Positions 1 through 10,415 of a stretch of DNA of 64,000 nucleotides are shown here, piece after piece. The stretch comes from an uncultured delta proteobacterium. Its GTDB lineage: Bacteria > Desulfobacterota > Binatia > Binatales > Binataceae. A program made the position numbers and the translations under genes. Each line of letters opens with the position of its first letter. Position 1 is the first letter of the stretch. The notes beneath the pieces are model-generated. The model saw nothing but the letters and a program-made list of their open reading frames with translations. It made no database searches and had not been told where the DNA came from. Location of the stretch: assembly GCA_963808235.1 (NCBI GenBank), contig CAWEEQ010000004.1, positions 2,336,001 through 2,400,000 on the forward strand. The letters run 5' to 3'.

Positions 1-127
1 GTTGGGAATTTCGCGTCTCAAGTCAGGTTAAGGCCGTTACGAGTGAGGGTCAAGGAAGCGGTCGAGCGATGCGGACGGATGGTGGACATAGCACTGCGCC
101 GCGGTTTTGCTATGTTTCGAGTTATCG

Positions 128-1603
128 ATGGAAAGCAGACTGTTCATCGCCGGACGCTATATCGATGCCGCCAAATCCTCGCGCTTCGCCGACGTCGAGC
201 CTGCGACTGAGCGCGAACTCGCGCAAGTCGCGAGCGCCAGCGCCGACGACGTCAATCGCGCGGTCGTTGCGGCGCGCGAGGCTGCCGATCACGGCCCCTG
301 GCCACGCATGAGCGCCGATACTCGCGCGGGAATCATTGGCAAGTTCGCCGACGGGATCGAAAAGCGCGCGCGGGAACTGGGCACGCTCGAGGCGCGCGAC
401 GTCGGCAAGCCGGTCTCCGAGTGCGTCAATCACGACGTGTCGCGCGCGGCGCGCAATCTGCGCTTCTTTGCCGCCGCGGCGCAGACCTGGACTCATGAGG
501 CGGCGCAAAGCGACGCGAAATTTCTCGGCCGCGATTTGAAGCTGGTGAACTTCACCGAGCGTCCTCCGGTCGGCGTCGGCGCGATCATCATTCCGTGGAA
601 CTCGCCGCTGATGCTCGCGACGTGGAACCTGGGCCCCTGTCTGGCCGCGGGAAATAGCTGCGTGCTGAAGCCGTCGGAGCTGGCGCCGCTCACTTCGATT
701 GCGCTCGGTGAGATCGCGAACGAAGCGGGACTGCCGCGCGGAGTGTTGAGCATCGTGCCGGGGCTCGGCGACGCAGGCGCTGCGCTGGTGTCGCATCCAG
801 GCGTCGACGCGGTCGCGTTCACCGGCGGCGTCGAGACGGGGCGACTGCGTGATGGCAAGCGCGGCGACGACGCTCAAGCGCGTGATGCTCGAACTCGGCG
901 GCAAGTCGCCCAACATAGTATTCGCCGACGCGAATCTGAAACGCACTGCCGCCGGAGTGGCGCGATCGATCTATCGCAGCCAGGGACAATCATGCGTAGC
1001 GGGCGCGCGATTGCTGGTCGAGAGCAGCGTCGCCGCGGAATTCATCGAATTGCTGATCGCCGAAATACCAAAACTGAAAATAGGCGACCCGCTGAAAGAC
1101 GACACCGAGTACGGCCCGCTCATCTCGGGGGCGCATCGTGAGCGCGTGCATGCGCTGGTCGCCGACGCGATCGCCAACGGCGCGAGCGTGCTGGCGGGCG
1201 GCAAGATTCCCGCCGAGCCCGCGACCGGTTTCTACTATATGCCCACGATTCTCGACGGCGTCGACGCGAAGTCGCGCGCCGCGTCCGAGGAAATATTCGG
1301 GCCGGTGCTGACTGTGGAGAGATTCGACGACGAAGAGCAGGCAATCGCGAGTGCGAACGCATCGCGCTACGGCCTCGCGGCTTACGTATGGACCTCGAAA
1401 TCGATCGCGCGCTCAGAGTCGCAAACTCACTCAAGACCGGGATGGTGTGGGTCAACAGTTTCTTCTTGCGCGATCTGCGGACTCCGTTCGGCGGCGCGAG
1501 GATGAGCGGACTCGGCCGGCAAGGCGGCCGCTTCAGCATGGAGTTCTGGACCGAGCCGAAACTTGTTTGTATCGCTTACGGTGAGGAGGAGCACGATGGG
1601 TAG
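128..1603 (+). CDS. Aldehyde dehydrogenase, HpaE / 2-hydroxymuconate semialdehyde dehydrogenase-like (apparent frameshifts near 850 and 1400)
   Basis: ALDH motifs IIPWNSP, LKPSE, FTGG, LELGGKSP, catalytic Cys (GQSCVAG), EEIFGPV and RDLRTPFGG are spread over three consecutive ORF fragments (107-1141, 849-1505, 1388-1603); lies with a dioxygenase and HpaB. Confidence 0.85.
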
Positions 1604-2493
1604 GGTGGTCGCCGCGGTGTTCACGACGCACGTGCCGAGGTTGATGATCCTCGATCAGAGCGCGCGGGTCAGGTACATGGGCCGCAATGTGACGACCTTC
1701 TACGACGCGATGCCGCGGCTTGAGCGCGAGCGGTTGCACACGCTCGACTTCGACACCTTCCTGCTCTTCGACACTCACTGGTTCTCGACCCTCGAATACG
1801 TGCTCAACGCGCACGAGCAGCTGCGCGGCGTGTACACCTCGGAAGAATTGCCGGCAGATGCTCCACGATCTCGAGTACGACTACCAGGGCGACGCCGAAC
1901 TCGCGCGCGCGGTCGAGTTAGAGGCTCGCGAACGGGGCATTCGGGCAATCGCGTCGGCGCATCGGAACCTGCCGATACATTATCCGACGCTTAACGTGAT
2001 GCACTATTTCAATCCCGATGCGCGCCGACGAGTGCTATCGGCAAGCGTTTGTCAGACCGCGTCAGTGAGGAACGACCTCGCTTATGGCGCGGCGATTGGC
2101 CAGGCAATTTGGAAATCCAATCGGCGCGTGGTGATCGTCGCGTCGGGCGGAATGTCGCACAAGTTCTGGGACTACGATCGAATTTTAGATCGCGCGTCGG
2201 CGTCGCCCGAGGACATCGCGTCGACCGCCAATCGCCTTTACGACGAGCGGATCATGGAATGGTTCAAGCAGGGGCGTCACGATGCGGTGCTCGCCGCCGC
2301 CGACGATTTCCGCGCGCATTGCTCGCCGGAGGGCCGCTTCTCGCACTACATAATGATGGCGGGCGCGATGGGCGGCGACTCGTGGAACTGGCGCGGCGAG
2401 CAATTTGGAAAATACGAGGCAGCGATCGGAACCGGCCAGGCAATCTTCTTCTTCCAACCATCAAGCGGCGGCGCCGCCCGCGCGGCTGCCTGA
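1596..2493 (+). CDS. hpaD: LigB-type extradiol ring-cleavage dioxygenase (homoprotocatechuate 2,3-dioxygenase-like; frameshift near 1855)
   Basis: THVPR, FDTHW, GVYTSEELP/MLHDLEYDYQGD, HYPT and ASGGMSH motifs; start overlaps the stop of the upstream gene. Confidence 0.75.
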
Positions 2494-2514
2494 GTCAGTT
2501 CCTGGAGGTGCGCA

Positions 2515-3404
2515 TTGAAACTTGCACGCGGAATATTGGCGATGCTGGTGACGCCGTTTCATGATGATTATCGGCTGAATGAGGCGGCGCTCCGGAAAGA
2601 GGTGCAGTGGGCGATCGCAAGCGGCGCGCAGGGCGTGGTTGCGGCGCCGAGTATCGGCGAGTTCCTCCATATGAACGAAGCGGAACGTGCGAGAGTCTTC
2701 GAGATCGTCGTTGAAGAAGCGCGCAAGCATCCGAATGTCTCGACAGTCGCGATGACCTCGGGCGCGACGACGCTCGAAACGCTCCACTACGCGAAGATCG
2801 CCGCGCGACTCGGATACGACGCGCAGCAGGTGATCCCGCCCTACTACTGGCGATGCGGCGAGGCCGAAGTCGAGCGTCATTACAGGATGATCGCCGAGGC
2901 TGGCGATTTGCCGGTCGTCATCTACCACAATCCCGCGCTCAGCAAGTTCAACATCTCGCCGAAGTTTCGCGGGGAGACTCGCGACGATCGAGGGCGTCGT
3001 GGCATTCAAGGAAGTGCTGACCGATTTGCAGCATCTCGAGGCGCTCTACGACGAAGTGGACGGCCGCGCCGATATTTACAATACGTTTCGCGCGATGCTG
3101 GCCGGGTTGATGCTCGGAGCGGCCGGGCGGCTTCATCAACATTTTCGCGGTGCCGGCGTCGGTCGCATTGATGAAGGCCTTCAAGGCCGGCGATTACAAA
3201 CGCGCAGAGGAAATTCAGCGTCGTCTCAACCGATGCTTCCCGCGCGGTGGCGAGGAAACTCTGGGCCATCTCGGAACGACCAAAGTAACCGCCTCGGTAG
3301 CGACCGGAATCGAGATGGGTCCGGCGCGGCCGCCGTACATGGCGCCCGCGGACGCCGCGGAGCGAATCCGGAAACGCTTGCCGCTGCTCAACGAGGTCAT
3401 CTGA
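2515..3404 (+). CDS. DapA/DHDPS-family aldolase or hydratase-aldolase (two apparent frameshifts)
   Basis: LVTPF, SIGEF, IPPYY, VIYHNP, Schiff-base Lys (AFKE) and GPARPPY motifs across three fragments. Confidence 0.8.
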
Positions 3405-3405
3405 T

Positions 3406-4851
3406 ATGGGCGCGCGATCGGGCAACAACTATCTGACCTCGCTGAAAAAGCTTGGCGCTGAAATCTGGATTGGCGGCGCACGAGCCGGTGATGTGACCGC
3501 GCATCCGGCGTTCGCAAACTGCGCGCGTTCAGTCGCCTCGCTCTACGACATGCAGATGGAGCATCCCGAGACGATGACCTTCCGCACCGACGATGGCGGA
3601 CGCGCCGGGATGTCGTTCATGATTCCGAAAAGCGTCGAGGACGTTCGCAAGCGAACCCGCATGATGAAGTCATGGGCGGACTTCGGATGCGGGATGCTCG
3701 GGCGCACACCCGATTATCTGAACGTGAGTATCGCGGCGATGGCAGCGGCGCGCGAATTCTTTGCAGCCAGCGACAAACGCCACGGCGACAATATCTGGAA
3801 CTATTATCTCGAGGCGCGCCATCACGACTGGTGCGCGACGCATACGCTGGTAAATCCGCGGGCGAGCCGCGCACAAGGATGGTCAGGACACACCGACGCC
3901 GAGTTGGCTCTGAGACTGGTCGAGAAGACCAAGGACGGCATCATCGTGAACGGATGCCGGATGCTGGCGACGTTGGCGCCACTCTCGGAAGAATTGCTGG
4001 TCTTTCCTTCGACAGTGCTTAAGGCCGAACCGGCTGCCGAGCCGTTCGCGCTCTCGTTCGCAATCCAGTGCAACACGAAGGGTCTCAAGTTCCTGTGCCG
4101 CGACACATATGACCTCGGACGCTCGCGCTTCGACCATCCGCTCGCGTCGCGCTTCGACGAAATGGACGCGGTGGTCGTGTTCGACAATGTGCTGGTTCCG
4201 TGGGAGCGGGTGTTCCTGTGCGGCGATGTTGCGCGATGCAACGCGCTGTATGGAGAGACCGGCGCAGTCGTCCACATGATGCATCAGGTGGCGGTGAAGA
4301 ACGTTGCGAAGAGCGAGTTCCTGCTCGGACTGGCCGCGCGGATCGCGGAGGCGAGCGACGCGATGGTGTTGCCGCATGTACGCGAGCGGCTTGCGGAGAT
4401 GATCACGACCACCGAAACGATGCGGTCCTGTCTGCGCGCCGCGGAGGCTGACTCAAGTGCGGACAAGTGGGGAGTGTTCGCGCCGGCGCGCGCGCCGCTC
4501 GACGCGGCGCGCAACCTCTTTCCGCGCCTGTATCCGCGGATGGTGGATATAATCCAGCTCAACAGCTCGAGCTCGCTGATGGCGACGCCGGCGGAGAGCG
4601 ATTTCGCCAATCCTGCCGAGCTGCCCGATATCGAGCGTTACTTCGCGGCAGCGGACTCACCGGCGCGCGAGCGCGTCGCGCTTTACCGGCTGGCGTGGGA
4701 AGTCGCATGCAGCTCCTTCGGCGGTCGCCAGGTCTTGTACGAGCGGTTTTTCTTTGGCGATCCGGTCCGGATGGCCAGCGCGCTGGTAGATAACACGGAT
4801 CTGAAGCCGCTTGTCGAGAAGGTTAGGGCGTTTCTGAAGCGCCCCGACTGA
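3406..4851 (+). CDS. hpaB: 4-hydroxyphenylacetate 3-monooxygenase, oxygenase component (two-component flavin monooxygenase)
   Basis: GRTPDYLN, HTLVNP, FDHPLASRFDEMDAVVVFDNVLVPWERVF and GGRQVLYERFFFGDP are typical of the HpaB family. Confidence 0.88.
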   Translation: MGARSGNNYLTSLKKLGAEIWIGGARAGDVTAHPAFANCARSVASLYDMQMEHPETMTFRTDDGGRAGMSFMIPKSVEDVRKRTRMMKSWADFGCGMLGRTPDYLNVSIAAMAAAREFFAASDKRHGDNIWNYYLEARHHDWCATHTLVNPRASRAQGWSGHTDAELALRLVEKTKDGIIVNGCRMLATLAPLSEELLVFPSTVLKAEPAAEPFALSFAIQCNTKGLKFLCRDTYDLGRSRFDHPLASRFDEMDAVVVFDNVLVPWERVFLCGDVARCNALYGETGAVVHMMHQVAVKNVAKSEFLLGLAARIAEASDAMVLPHVRERLAEMITTTETMRSCLRAAEADSSADKWGVFAPARAPLDAARNLFPRLYPRMVDIIQLNSSSSLMATPAESDFANPAELPDIERYFAAADSPARERVALYRLAWEVACSSFGGRQVLYERFFFGDPVRMASALVDNTDLKPLVEKVRAFLKRPD

Positions 4852-4857
4852 AGCCTT

Positions 4858-4899
4858 GCCATTTGACATTTCGAGATACCATTTGTTCGAACCAAATGG
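4858..4899. promoter_or_regulatory. Putative antitoxin operator in the vapBC promoter
   Basis: Inverted repeat CCATTTG-N7-CAAATGG (4879-4899), a third CCATTTG at 4859-4865, TTGACA at 4863 and TATAGT at 4905. Confidence 0.5.
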
Positions 4900-4917
4900 C
4901 AGAGTATAGTGGTTTCG

Positions 4918-5193
4918 ATGACGGCAAAATTGAGAGTCGATAAAGCCGGTCGAGTTGTTCTTCCCAAACCGGTGCGGGAAAAATTGCGGCTTGCCCCAGG
5001 TGACGAGTTGGAACTCAAGACGACCGACGACCAGATTACGCTGCGTCCGTTGCGCGGCACCGCACAGCTCCGGAAAAAGTGCGGCGTGTGGGTGTTCCAT
5101 TCCGGCGAGCCACTATCCGCCTCGGCAGTCGAGGAGACAATCGAGCAGATTCGGCGTGAGCGCGATGAGCGGAACACTGGACGGAGGCATTGA
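4918..5193 (+). CDS. AbrB/MazE/SpoVT-family antitoxin (VapB-like)
   Basis: VDKAGRVVLPKPVREKLRLAPGDEL swapped-hairpin motif; 4-bp overlap with the PIN toxin. Confidence 0.88.
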   Translation: MTAKLRVDKAGRVVLPKPVREKLRLAPGDELELKTTDDQITLRPLRGTAQLRKKCGVWVFHSGEPLSASAVEETIEQIRRERDERNTGRRH

Positions 5194-5615
5194 GAGCCTT
5201 CTTCGATACCTCGGTTCTGATCCCCGTCTTTATCGAGGAGCATGAACATCACGAGCGAAGTCTGCGCGCTTTTGTCGATGCTGATAAAAAGCGGGACTGC
5301 TGTGCCGCTCACAGCATGGCCGAAGTCTACTCCACGATGACCCGGTTGCCAGGACGACATCGCTTAAGCGGCGAGCAGGTGTTCCTCTTTCTTGAGAACA
5401 TTCGGGAGCGTCTTACGCTCATCACCCTCACCGGCGACGAGTACCACGGGGCGATCAAGGAGGCAGCTGAGGTTGGTATCGTGGGCGGCACGATCTATGA
5501 CGCCTTGATTGCACGTTGTGCGCTGAAGGCGAAGGCCGAGGCTATCTACACTTGGAATACGAGACACTTCGAGCAGTTCGGAGCGGAGGTTGTGAGGCGG
5601 CTCCGAGCACTTTGA
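5190..5615 (+). CDS. vapC: PIN-domain toxin (VapC-like)
   Basis: FFDTSVL, AEVYS, IYDALIA and IYTWN PIN-domain motifs. Confidence 0.88.
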   Translation: MRAFFDTSVLIPVFIEEHEHHERSLRAFVDADKKRDCCAAHSMAEVYSTMTRLPGRHRLSGEQVFLFLENIRERLTLITLTGDEYHGAIKEAAEVGIVGGTIYDALIARCALKAKAEAIYTWNTRHFEQFGAEVVRRLRAL

Positions 5616-5669
5616 TCGACCCAGGGCGGTGGCGGTGCTTGACGCGTACCGCTATGGTCAGACCTATCC

Positions 5670-6323
5670 ATGGCGAGGCTTCGAAAGGCGGCGCGGATTT
5701 GGGGCAATCCCAAGGCGCGCGAAATCGGCGAGCGAGTTCTGATCAAGTCGGACGCGCGCCTTTTCACGATCGACCCATTGGCCATTTTCGGACGCCGGGC
5801 GCCGCTGGAAATCGAGATCGGCGCGGGCAAGGGCGAGTTTATTATCGAGCGCGCGGCGGAGTTTCCGGAGCGCGACTTCATGGCCGTCGAGCTTTCGGGA
5901 ACGATCACGCATGTGCTGGCGGTCCGATGCGGCCGCGCGGGATTGAAGAACCTCCGGGTCGCGCGGATGGACGCGCGGACGCTCGTCAACCTGATGCTGC
6001 CCGACGCGAGCGTGAGCGCATTCCACATCTATTTTCCGGACCCATGGCCGAAGGAGCGTCACGTGAAGCATCGGCTGTTCACACCGACGCTGAGCGCGGG
6101 CCTGTTTCGCACCACCCTGCCGGGCGCGACCGCCTACGTCGCGACCGACGTGCGCAACTACGCCGGTGAGATCTTCCCCATGATGGAGGCGGCGGGCTTT
6201 ATCCGAGCGGTCGAAGCCGCACCTGGAGCGGAGTTGACCGGCTTCGCACGCAAGTACGTAGCGCAGGGAAAGCCGGTCTTTTCGGGCTCATTTCGAAGGC
6301 CTCGCGCGGCCACGAGCTCCTGA
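5670..6323 (+). CDS. trmB: tRNA (guanine-N7)-methyltransferase
   Basis: EIGAGKG SAM motif, YFPDPWPKERH, ATD, T.FARKY. Confidence 0.9.
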   Translation: MARLRKAARIWGNPKAREIGERVLIKSDARLFTIDPLAIFGRRAPLEIEIGAGKGEFIIERAAEFPERDFMAVELSGTITHVLAVRCGRAGLKNLRVARMDARTLVNLMLPDASVSAFHIYFPDPWPKERHVKHRLFTPTLSAGLFRTTLPGATAYVATDVRNYAGEIFPMMEAAGFIRAVEAAPGAELTGFARKYVAQGKPVFSGSFRRPRAATSS

Positions 6324-6414
6324 TTTCTGCTATGTCAATCTCGACGCCGTAAAAACTCGGCCCGGGGGCTGGATTGCAATGACGGACAGCGTTGTTTAAC
6401 CTTTTGCGCATTCG

Positions 6415-8037
6415 ATGAAACGCTTCCTGCTGATACTGGTGGCTTCGGCTCTGCTGCCGGCGACCGCGTGTAGCTTACGCCAGAAACCCACCGGCGAAGA
6501 CTACTATGCGCAGGGCCAGCTTGACTTCGCCCAAAAGGAATACAAGGCCTCGATCGAAAACTATCAGCTTCTGATCGACCAGTTCCCGTTCAGTCCGTAT
6601 GCCGAAGACGCCGAGATGAAAATCGGGCTGGCCTACTATCAATCGAAAGACTATGCCGAGGCGATCGGAGCGCTCGACGACTTTCAGCGGATGCATCCGA
6701 CCAGCCCGAACCTGGAACTCGTCACCTACTACATCGGGATGAGCTACTACGATCAGATGGGGCGCGAGGACCAGGATCAGAGCAAGACGCAGCAGGCGCT
6801 GAAGCGGTTCCAGGAACTCGAGCAACGCTTCCCCGAGGGCGGCTTCGCCGAACTGGCGCATGAAAAAGTGGTGGTATGCCGCGAGATGCTGGCGCGGAAC
6901 GAGATGGTGGTCGGCGACTACTACTACAAGCGCGCGAACTTCCGCGCGGCCGAGTCACGATTCGCCGAGCTGATGCAGAAATATCCGGATACACCGGTCG
7001 CGCCTGACGCGCTGTTCGAGCTCGGCATCTCGCTCGAAAAAGAAGGCAAGAAGTATTCGGCGGCACAGGCGTTCACCGCCGTAGAGAAACACTTTCCCGA
7101 CAGCAATTATGCCAAGCGGGCCGCAGCCGAGCTCAGGAAGCTGCACGAGCCAATCGATACCGAAGAGGATCCGCTGCCGCTGGTGCTTGCCGAAACCGGT
7201 TACGGCGGAGATGCCGAGGACGCCAATGCCGACAAGATAGTCGTGCGCCAGCGCGGGGACACGACGCGCGGCGCGCCGACGGCGTCGGCCTACGGACCGG
7301 ACGGATTACCTCTGTTCAACAGTCCCGCGCCGTCAACCGCGGGCGCATCGGCACTCGCGTCGAGGACGCCTGACATGATGCATGTCCCCGATGCGGCGCC
7401 GCCACCCGCGGGCGCATCGGCGCCGGCGCCTAAGGCGCCAGACATGATGCATGCCCCCGATGCGGCGCCGGCGGCAGCCTCCGCGCCGAGCGGCAGTATC
7501 GTGGGCGCGGCGGCGGCGCAGGCGCGCGCGATGACCGGTCCCGCGGATTCGGTGCCCAGCGCGGCGCAGGTGAAGCAGATTGTCAGCCCGGATTCGACGC
7601 CGCCTGAGCAGCCTTTGCATCCGATGACTACCGCAGATTCAGCTGCGCCGCCGCTTTCGCTAAGAGAGCCGCCGACAACCGGACCCGCCACGTTGAAGAC
7701 GATCAGGTTGTCGTCGAACGATCCGCCGCTGTCGGTCATCCTCGAACTAAGCGGACCAGTGCACTTCGACAAGAACCTGGAATCGAATCCCGAGGGCGCG
7801 ATCGCAACCGTGGTGCTGAAGGATGTCACTCCCGATTCCGGGCTGCAGACTCACCTGGTGTTCGACAAGTCTATCTTCAAGGACTGCAGTATCTCGAGCA
7901 GCTCTTCCGGAACGACGGTGACGCTGAACACGCAGCCAGTGGCGCACTTCGCGGTGGTCCCGCTCGACGGGCCGCCGCGCCTGTTGATGACCTTCACTCC
8001 GCAGGCCGCGGGTCAGAAGACCAGCGCCGCAAGATAA
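6415..8037 (+). CDS. bamD: Outer-membrane assembly lipoprotein BamD with a long Pro/Ala linker and a C-terminal AMIN-like domain
   Basis: Lipoprotein signal (..ATAC), TPR repeats, FPFSPYA, DQD and LARNEMVVGDYY..AAESRF BamD signatures; about 280 extra C-terminal residues. Confidence 0.85.
   Translation: MKRFLLILVASALLPATACSLRQKPTGEDYYAQGQLDFAQKEYKASIENYQLLIDQFPFSPYAEDAEMKIGLAYYQSKDYAEAIGALDDFQRMHPTSPNLELVTYYIGMSYYDQMGREDQDQSKTQQALKRFQELEQRFPEGGFAELAHEKVVVCREMLARNEMVVGDYYYKRANFRAAESRFAELMQKYPDTPVAPDALFELGISLEKEGKKYSAAQAFTAVEKHFPDSNYAKRAAAELRKLHEPIDTEEDPLPLVLAETGYGGDAEDANADKIVVRQRGDTTRGAPTASAYGPDGLPLFNSPAPSTAGASALASRTPDMMHVPDAAPPPAGASAPAPKAPDMMHAPDAAPAAASAPSGSIVGAAAAQARAMTGPADSVPSAAQVKQIVSPDSTPPEQPLHPMTTADSAAPPLSLREPPTTGPATLKTIRLSSNDPPLSVILELSGPVHFDKNLESNPEGAIATVVLKDVTPDSGLQTHLVFDKSIFKDCSISSSSSGTTVTLNTQPVAHFAVVPLDGPPRLLMTFTPQAAGQKTSAAR
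7339..7471 (+). repeat. Tandem 69-bp (23-aa) repeat in the BamD linker
   Basis: GCGGGCGCATCGGC starts at 7339 and 7408; each unit contains GACATGATGCATG.CCCCGATGCGGCGCCG (PDMMHxPDAAP). Confidence 0.85.
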
Positions 8038-8060
8038 AATCAGGCCGGTACTCGATCGAA

Positions 8061-9341
8061 TCAGGAAAAGACTTCGTCAAACCTGATGCCGAGGAATTTC
8101 AGAACGACCTCGGCGTAGACCTTCAGCCCCCAATTGAAGCCGTCGATCGGCAGGCGCTCGTCGTTGCCGTGATAGAGCGAGCCGAACGGCATGTGCGGCT
8201 CGAGTCTGACCGGTGAGAATCCGTAACAGGCCGCGCCGAGCTTCGAGTAAAATTTGTTGTCGGTCGCGCCGGGAATCATCCAGGGGATCGCGAGTGAGCC
8301 CGGGTCGGCCGCCTCGATGGTGCTCTTTATCAATTCGAACAACGGAGTGTCGGCGCTGGTTTCGGCCGGCGGCGCGGATTTGATCAGCTCGAAGGTCGGT
8401 TCCGGCCCGACGATTTGGCGCAGCTCGGCCATGAAGCTTTCGGGATCTTCGCCGGGCAGCGTGCGTCCGTCGAGCACGATCGTCGCCTCGCCGGGGATCA
8501 CGTTGTCCTTGTAGCCGGCGCGCAGAATCGTCGGCGAGACCGTGTTGGCGAGCATCGGCTGAAACAACGGCCCCGGAGAATCCACCGACACTCCCAGCTC
8601 CTCGAGCGTCTTGCGCATAAACGGCGAAACGTTCTTGCGCATCGGCGTCTTCACGATCCTGGTGATCAGTTCGGAGATTCGCGAGATAGCGGTGTCGCTG
8701 CGCGGCATCGATCCATGCCCCGGCATCGCAGTCACCTTCATCTTGACCGTGACGAAGCCCTTCTCCGCAATCTGGATCGGATAGTAGCGGCGATTTCCCA
8801 GGTGGATCGTGAAGCCGCCCACCTCGTTGAGCACGTAGGCCGCGCGGACCAGCTCGGGATGGCGCTCGACGAGGAATTTTGCGCCATAGTCGGAGCCGGC
8901 CTCCTCGTCAGCGACCGCGGCCATGATGACGTTGCGATCAGGCTTCACGCTCGCGCGCTTCATCGCGGTCATCAGCACGAGATCCATCACGCATTTCGAT
9001 TTCATGTCGATGGAGCCGCGCCCCCAGACGCATCCGTCGGCGATTTCGCCGCTGAACGGCTCCCGCGTCCATCCCGAGCGCTCGACGGGCACGACATCGG
9101 TATGCGAGGAGAGCAGCAACGCGCCCTTGGATGAATCGGTACCGGGATATCGGGCGACCAGATTGCCCCGGGTCGGCGCGCCCTCGCGGATCACGGACTC
9201 TACACCGTGGGCGCCGAGCACGTCGGCTAAATAGTCGGCGGCGACTCGTTCATTGCCGGGCGGATTGGTGGTGTCGAGGCGGATGAGCGCGCGCAAAGAG
9301 TCGAGCGCCTGATTCTGAAACGTCTGCCACGAGGTCGTCAT
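8061..9341 (-). CDS. M20/M25/M40 family metallopeptidase / amidohydrolase
   Basis: SHTDVVP, GRGSIDMK, DEEAG, GHGS, NVIP and HGNDER motifs. Confidence 0.9.
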   Translation of the reverse strand: MTTSWQTFQNQALDSLRALIRLDTTNPPGNERVAADYLADVLGAHGVESVIREGAPTRGNLVARYPGTDSSKGALLLSSHTDVVPVERSGWTREPFSGEIADGCVWGRGSIDMKSKCVMDLVLMTAMKRASVKPDRNVIMAAVADEEAGSDYGAKFLVERHPELVRAAYVLNEVGGFTIHLGNRRYYPIQIAEKGFVTVKMKVTAMPGHGSMPRSDTAISRISELITRIVKTPMRKNVSPFMRKTLEELGVSVDSPGPLFQPMLANTVSPTILRAGYKDNVIPGEATIVLDGRTLPGEDPESFMAELRQIVGPEPTFELIKSAPPAETSADTPLFELIKSTIEAADPGSLAIPWMIPGATDNKFYSKLGAACYGFSPVRLEPHMPFGSLYHGNDERLPIDGFNWGLKVYAEVVLKFLGIRFDEVFS

Positions 9342-9520
9342 CGGGTCCTCATTAATGATGCTCCCTTGTCATATAAAAGCTACAATCAGTTACGACACAA
9401 GTATAGACGTTTCGACGCCGATTATTGCGACAAGTAGCGCACAAAGAAAGCCTTTCGGAGCGGCGCAATCGTGGGCGATAGCGTCCGGTTGCCGCCGGAT
9501 ATACGCTCGGGCGAAAGTCG

Positions 9521-10351
9521 ATGGGGATGAAAATCATATGTATCGAGCGGGTAATCGTCGCGGTTCGGGCGCTTGACGAGTCGCGCGAGAGCTGGCGGCA
9601 GGCTGGATTCGGTATCGCGCCGGCTACCTTCGAGGATCGCGGGATGCGCCTTGCGAGGATGGCCGCGGGGGCGGTGGAAATCGATCTTTGTGAAGTCGAC
9701 GCTCACGGTGAAGCTGGGTGGTTGGCGGCGCCGATACGCGAAGCCGTCGAGAACGGCGGCGGAATCGTCGGATGGGTCTGGGGCGTGAAGGGCACGCAGG
9801 CTCCGAATCCCGCACCATCGTCCAACGAATCAATCGTGCTGCCGAGTTTGGTGGAGCCGACGACAGGCGTGGAGATGCTTTCGTCGGAGCTACCCGGGGT
9901 TGTTACCGCGGCAGCGAAAACGAACCTCGATATTGAGTCGCGGCGGCTGAAGCTTCGCGACTTGTGCGGGCCCAACTCCAACTCGGTCGACTATCTCGAG
10001 CATATCGTCGTGATGACACCGGCTCTGGATGACGCAATCGCAGCGAACGAAGCGGTCGGCGTAGCGTGCAAAAGAGTCCGTGAAGTTGGGAACGGAGCGC
10101 GGCAGGCGTTCTTCAAGCTCGAGCAGACGGTGGTCGAAGTGGTCGGTCCCGCGCGCGGAAAGCCCGGGTGCTGGGGACTCGCGCTGATGTGCACAGATAT
10201 CGCGCATGCGGTCGCGACCGTGCGCGCCGGTGGGCTCCAGGCGACCGAGCCGAAGCTCGCGATCCAGGGCGGACAGATCGCGCGAGTCGTCGAGCCGCTC
10301 GATGGGGTCGCGATCGCGTTCATGCAAGCAGGCCCGCGCCGCGACGACTAG
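9521..10351 (+). CDS. VOC/glyoxalase-like two-domain protein
   Basis: Two VOC-like repeats (IERVIVAV.. and LEHIVVMT..QAFF..VEVV). Confidence 0.6.
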   Translation: MGMKIICIERVIVAVRALDESRESWRQAGFGIAPATFEDRGMRLARMAAGAVEIDLCEVDAHGEAGWLAAPIREAVENGGGIVGWVWGVKGTQAPNPAPSSNESIVLPSLVEPTTGVEMLSSELPGVVTAAAKTNLDIESRRLKLRDLCGPNSNSVDYLEHIVVMTPALDDAIAANEAVGVACKRVREVGNGARQAFFKLEQTVVEVVGPARGKPGCWGLALMCTDIAHAVATVRAGGLQATEPKLAIQGGQIARVVEPLDGVAIAFMQAGPRRDD

Positions 10352-10415
10352 GTTATCGCAGTCGGTGGAAGACGGCAGGTCGGCAAACTATGCTTTACGG
10401 TCAGGAGAGCAATCG

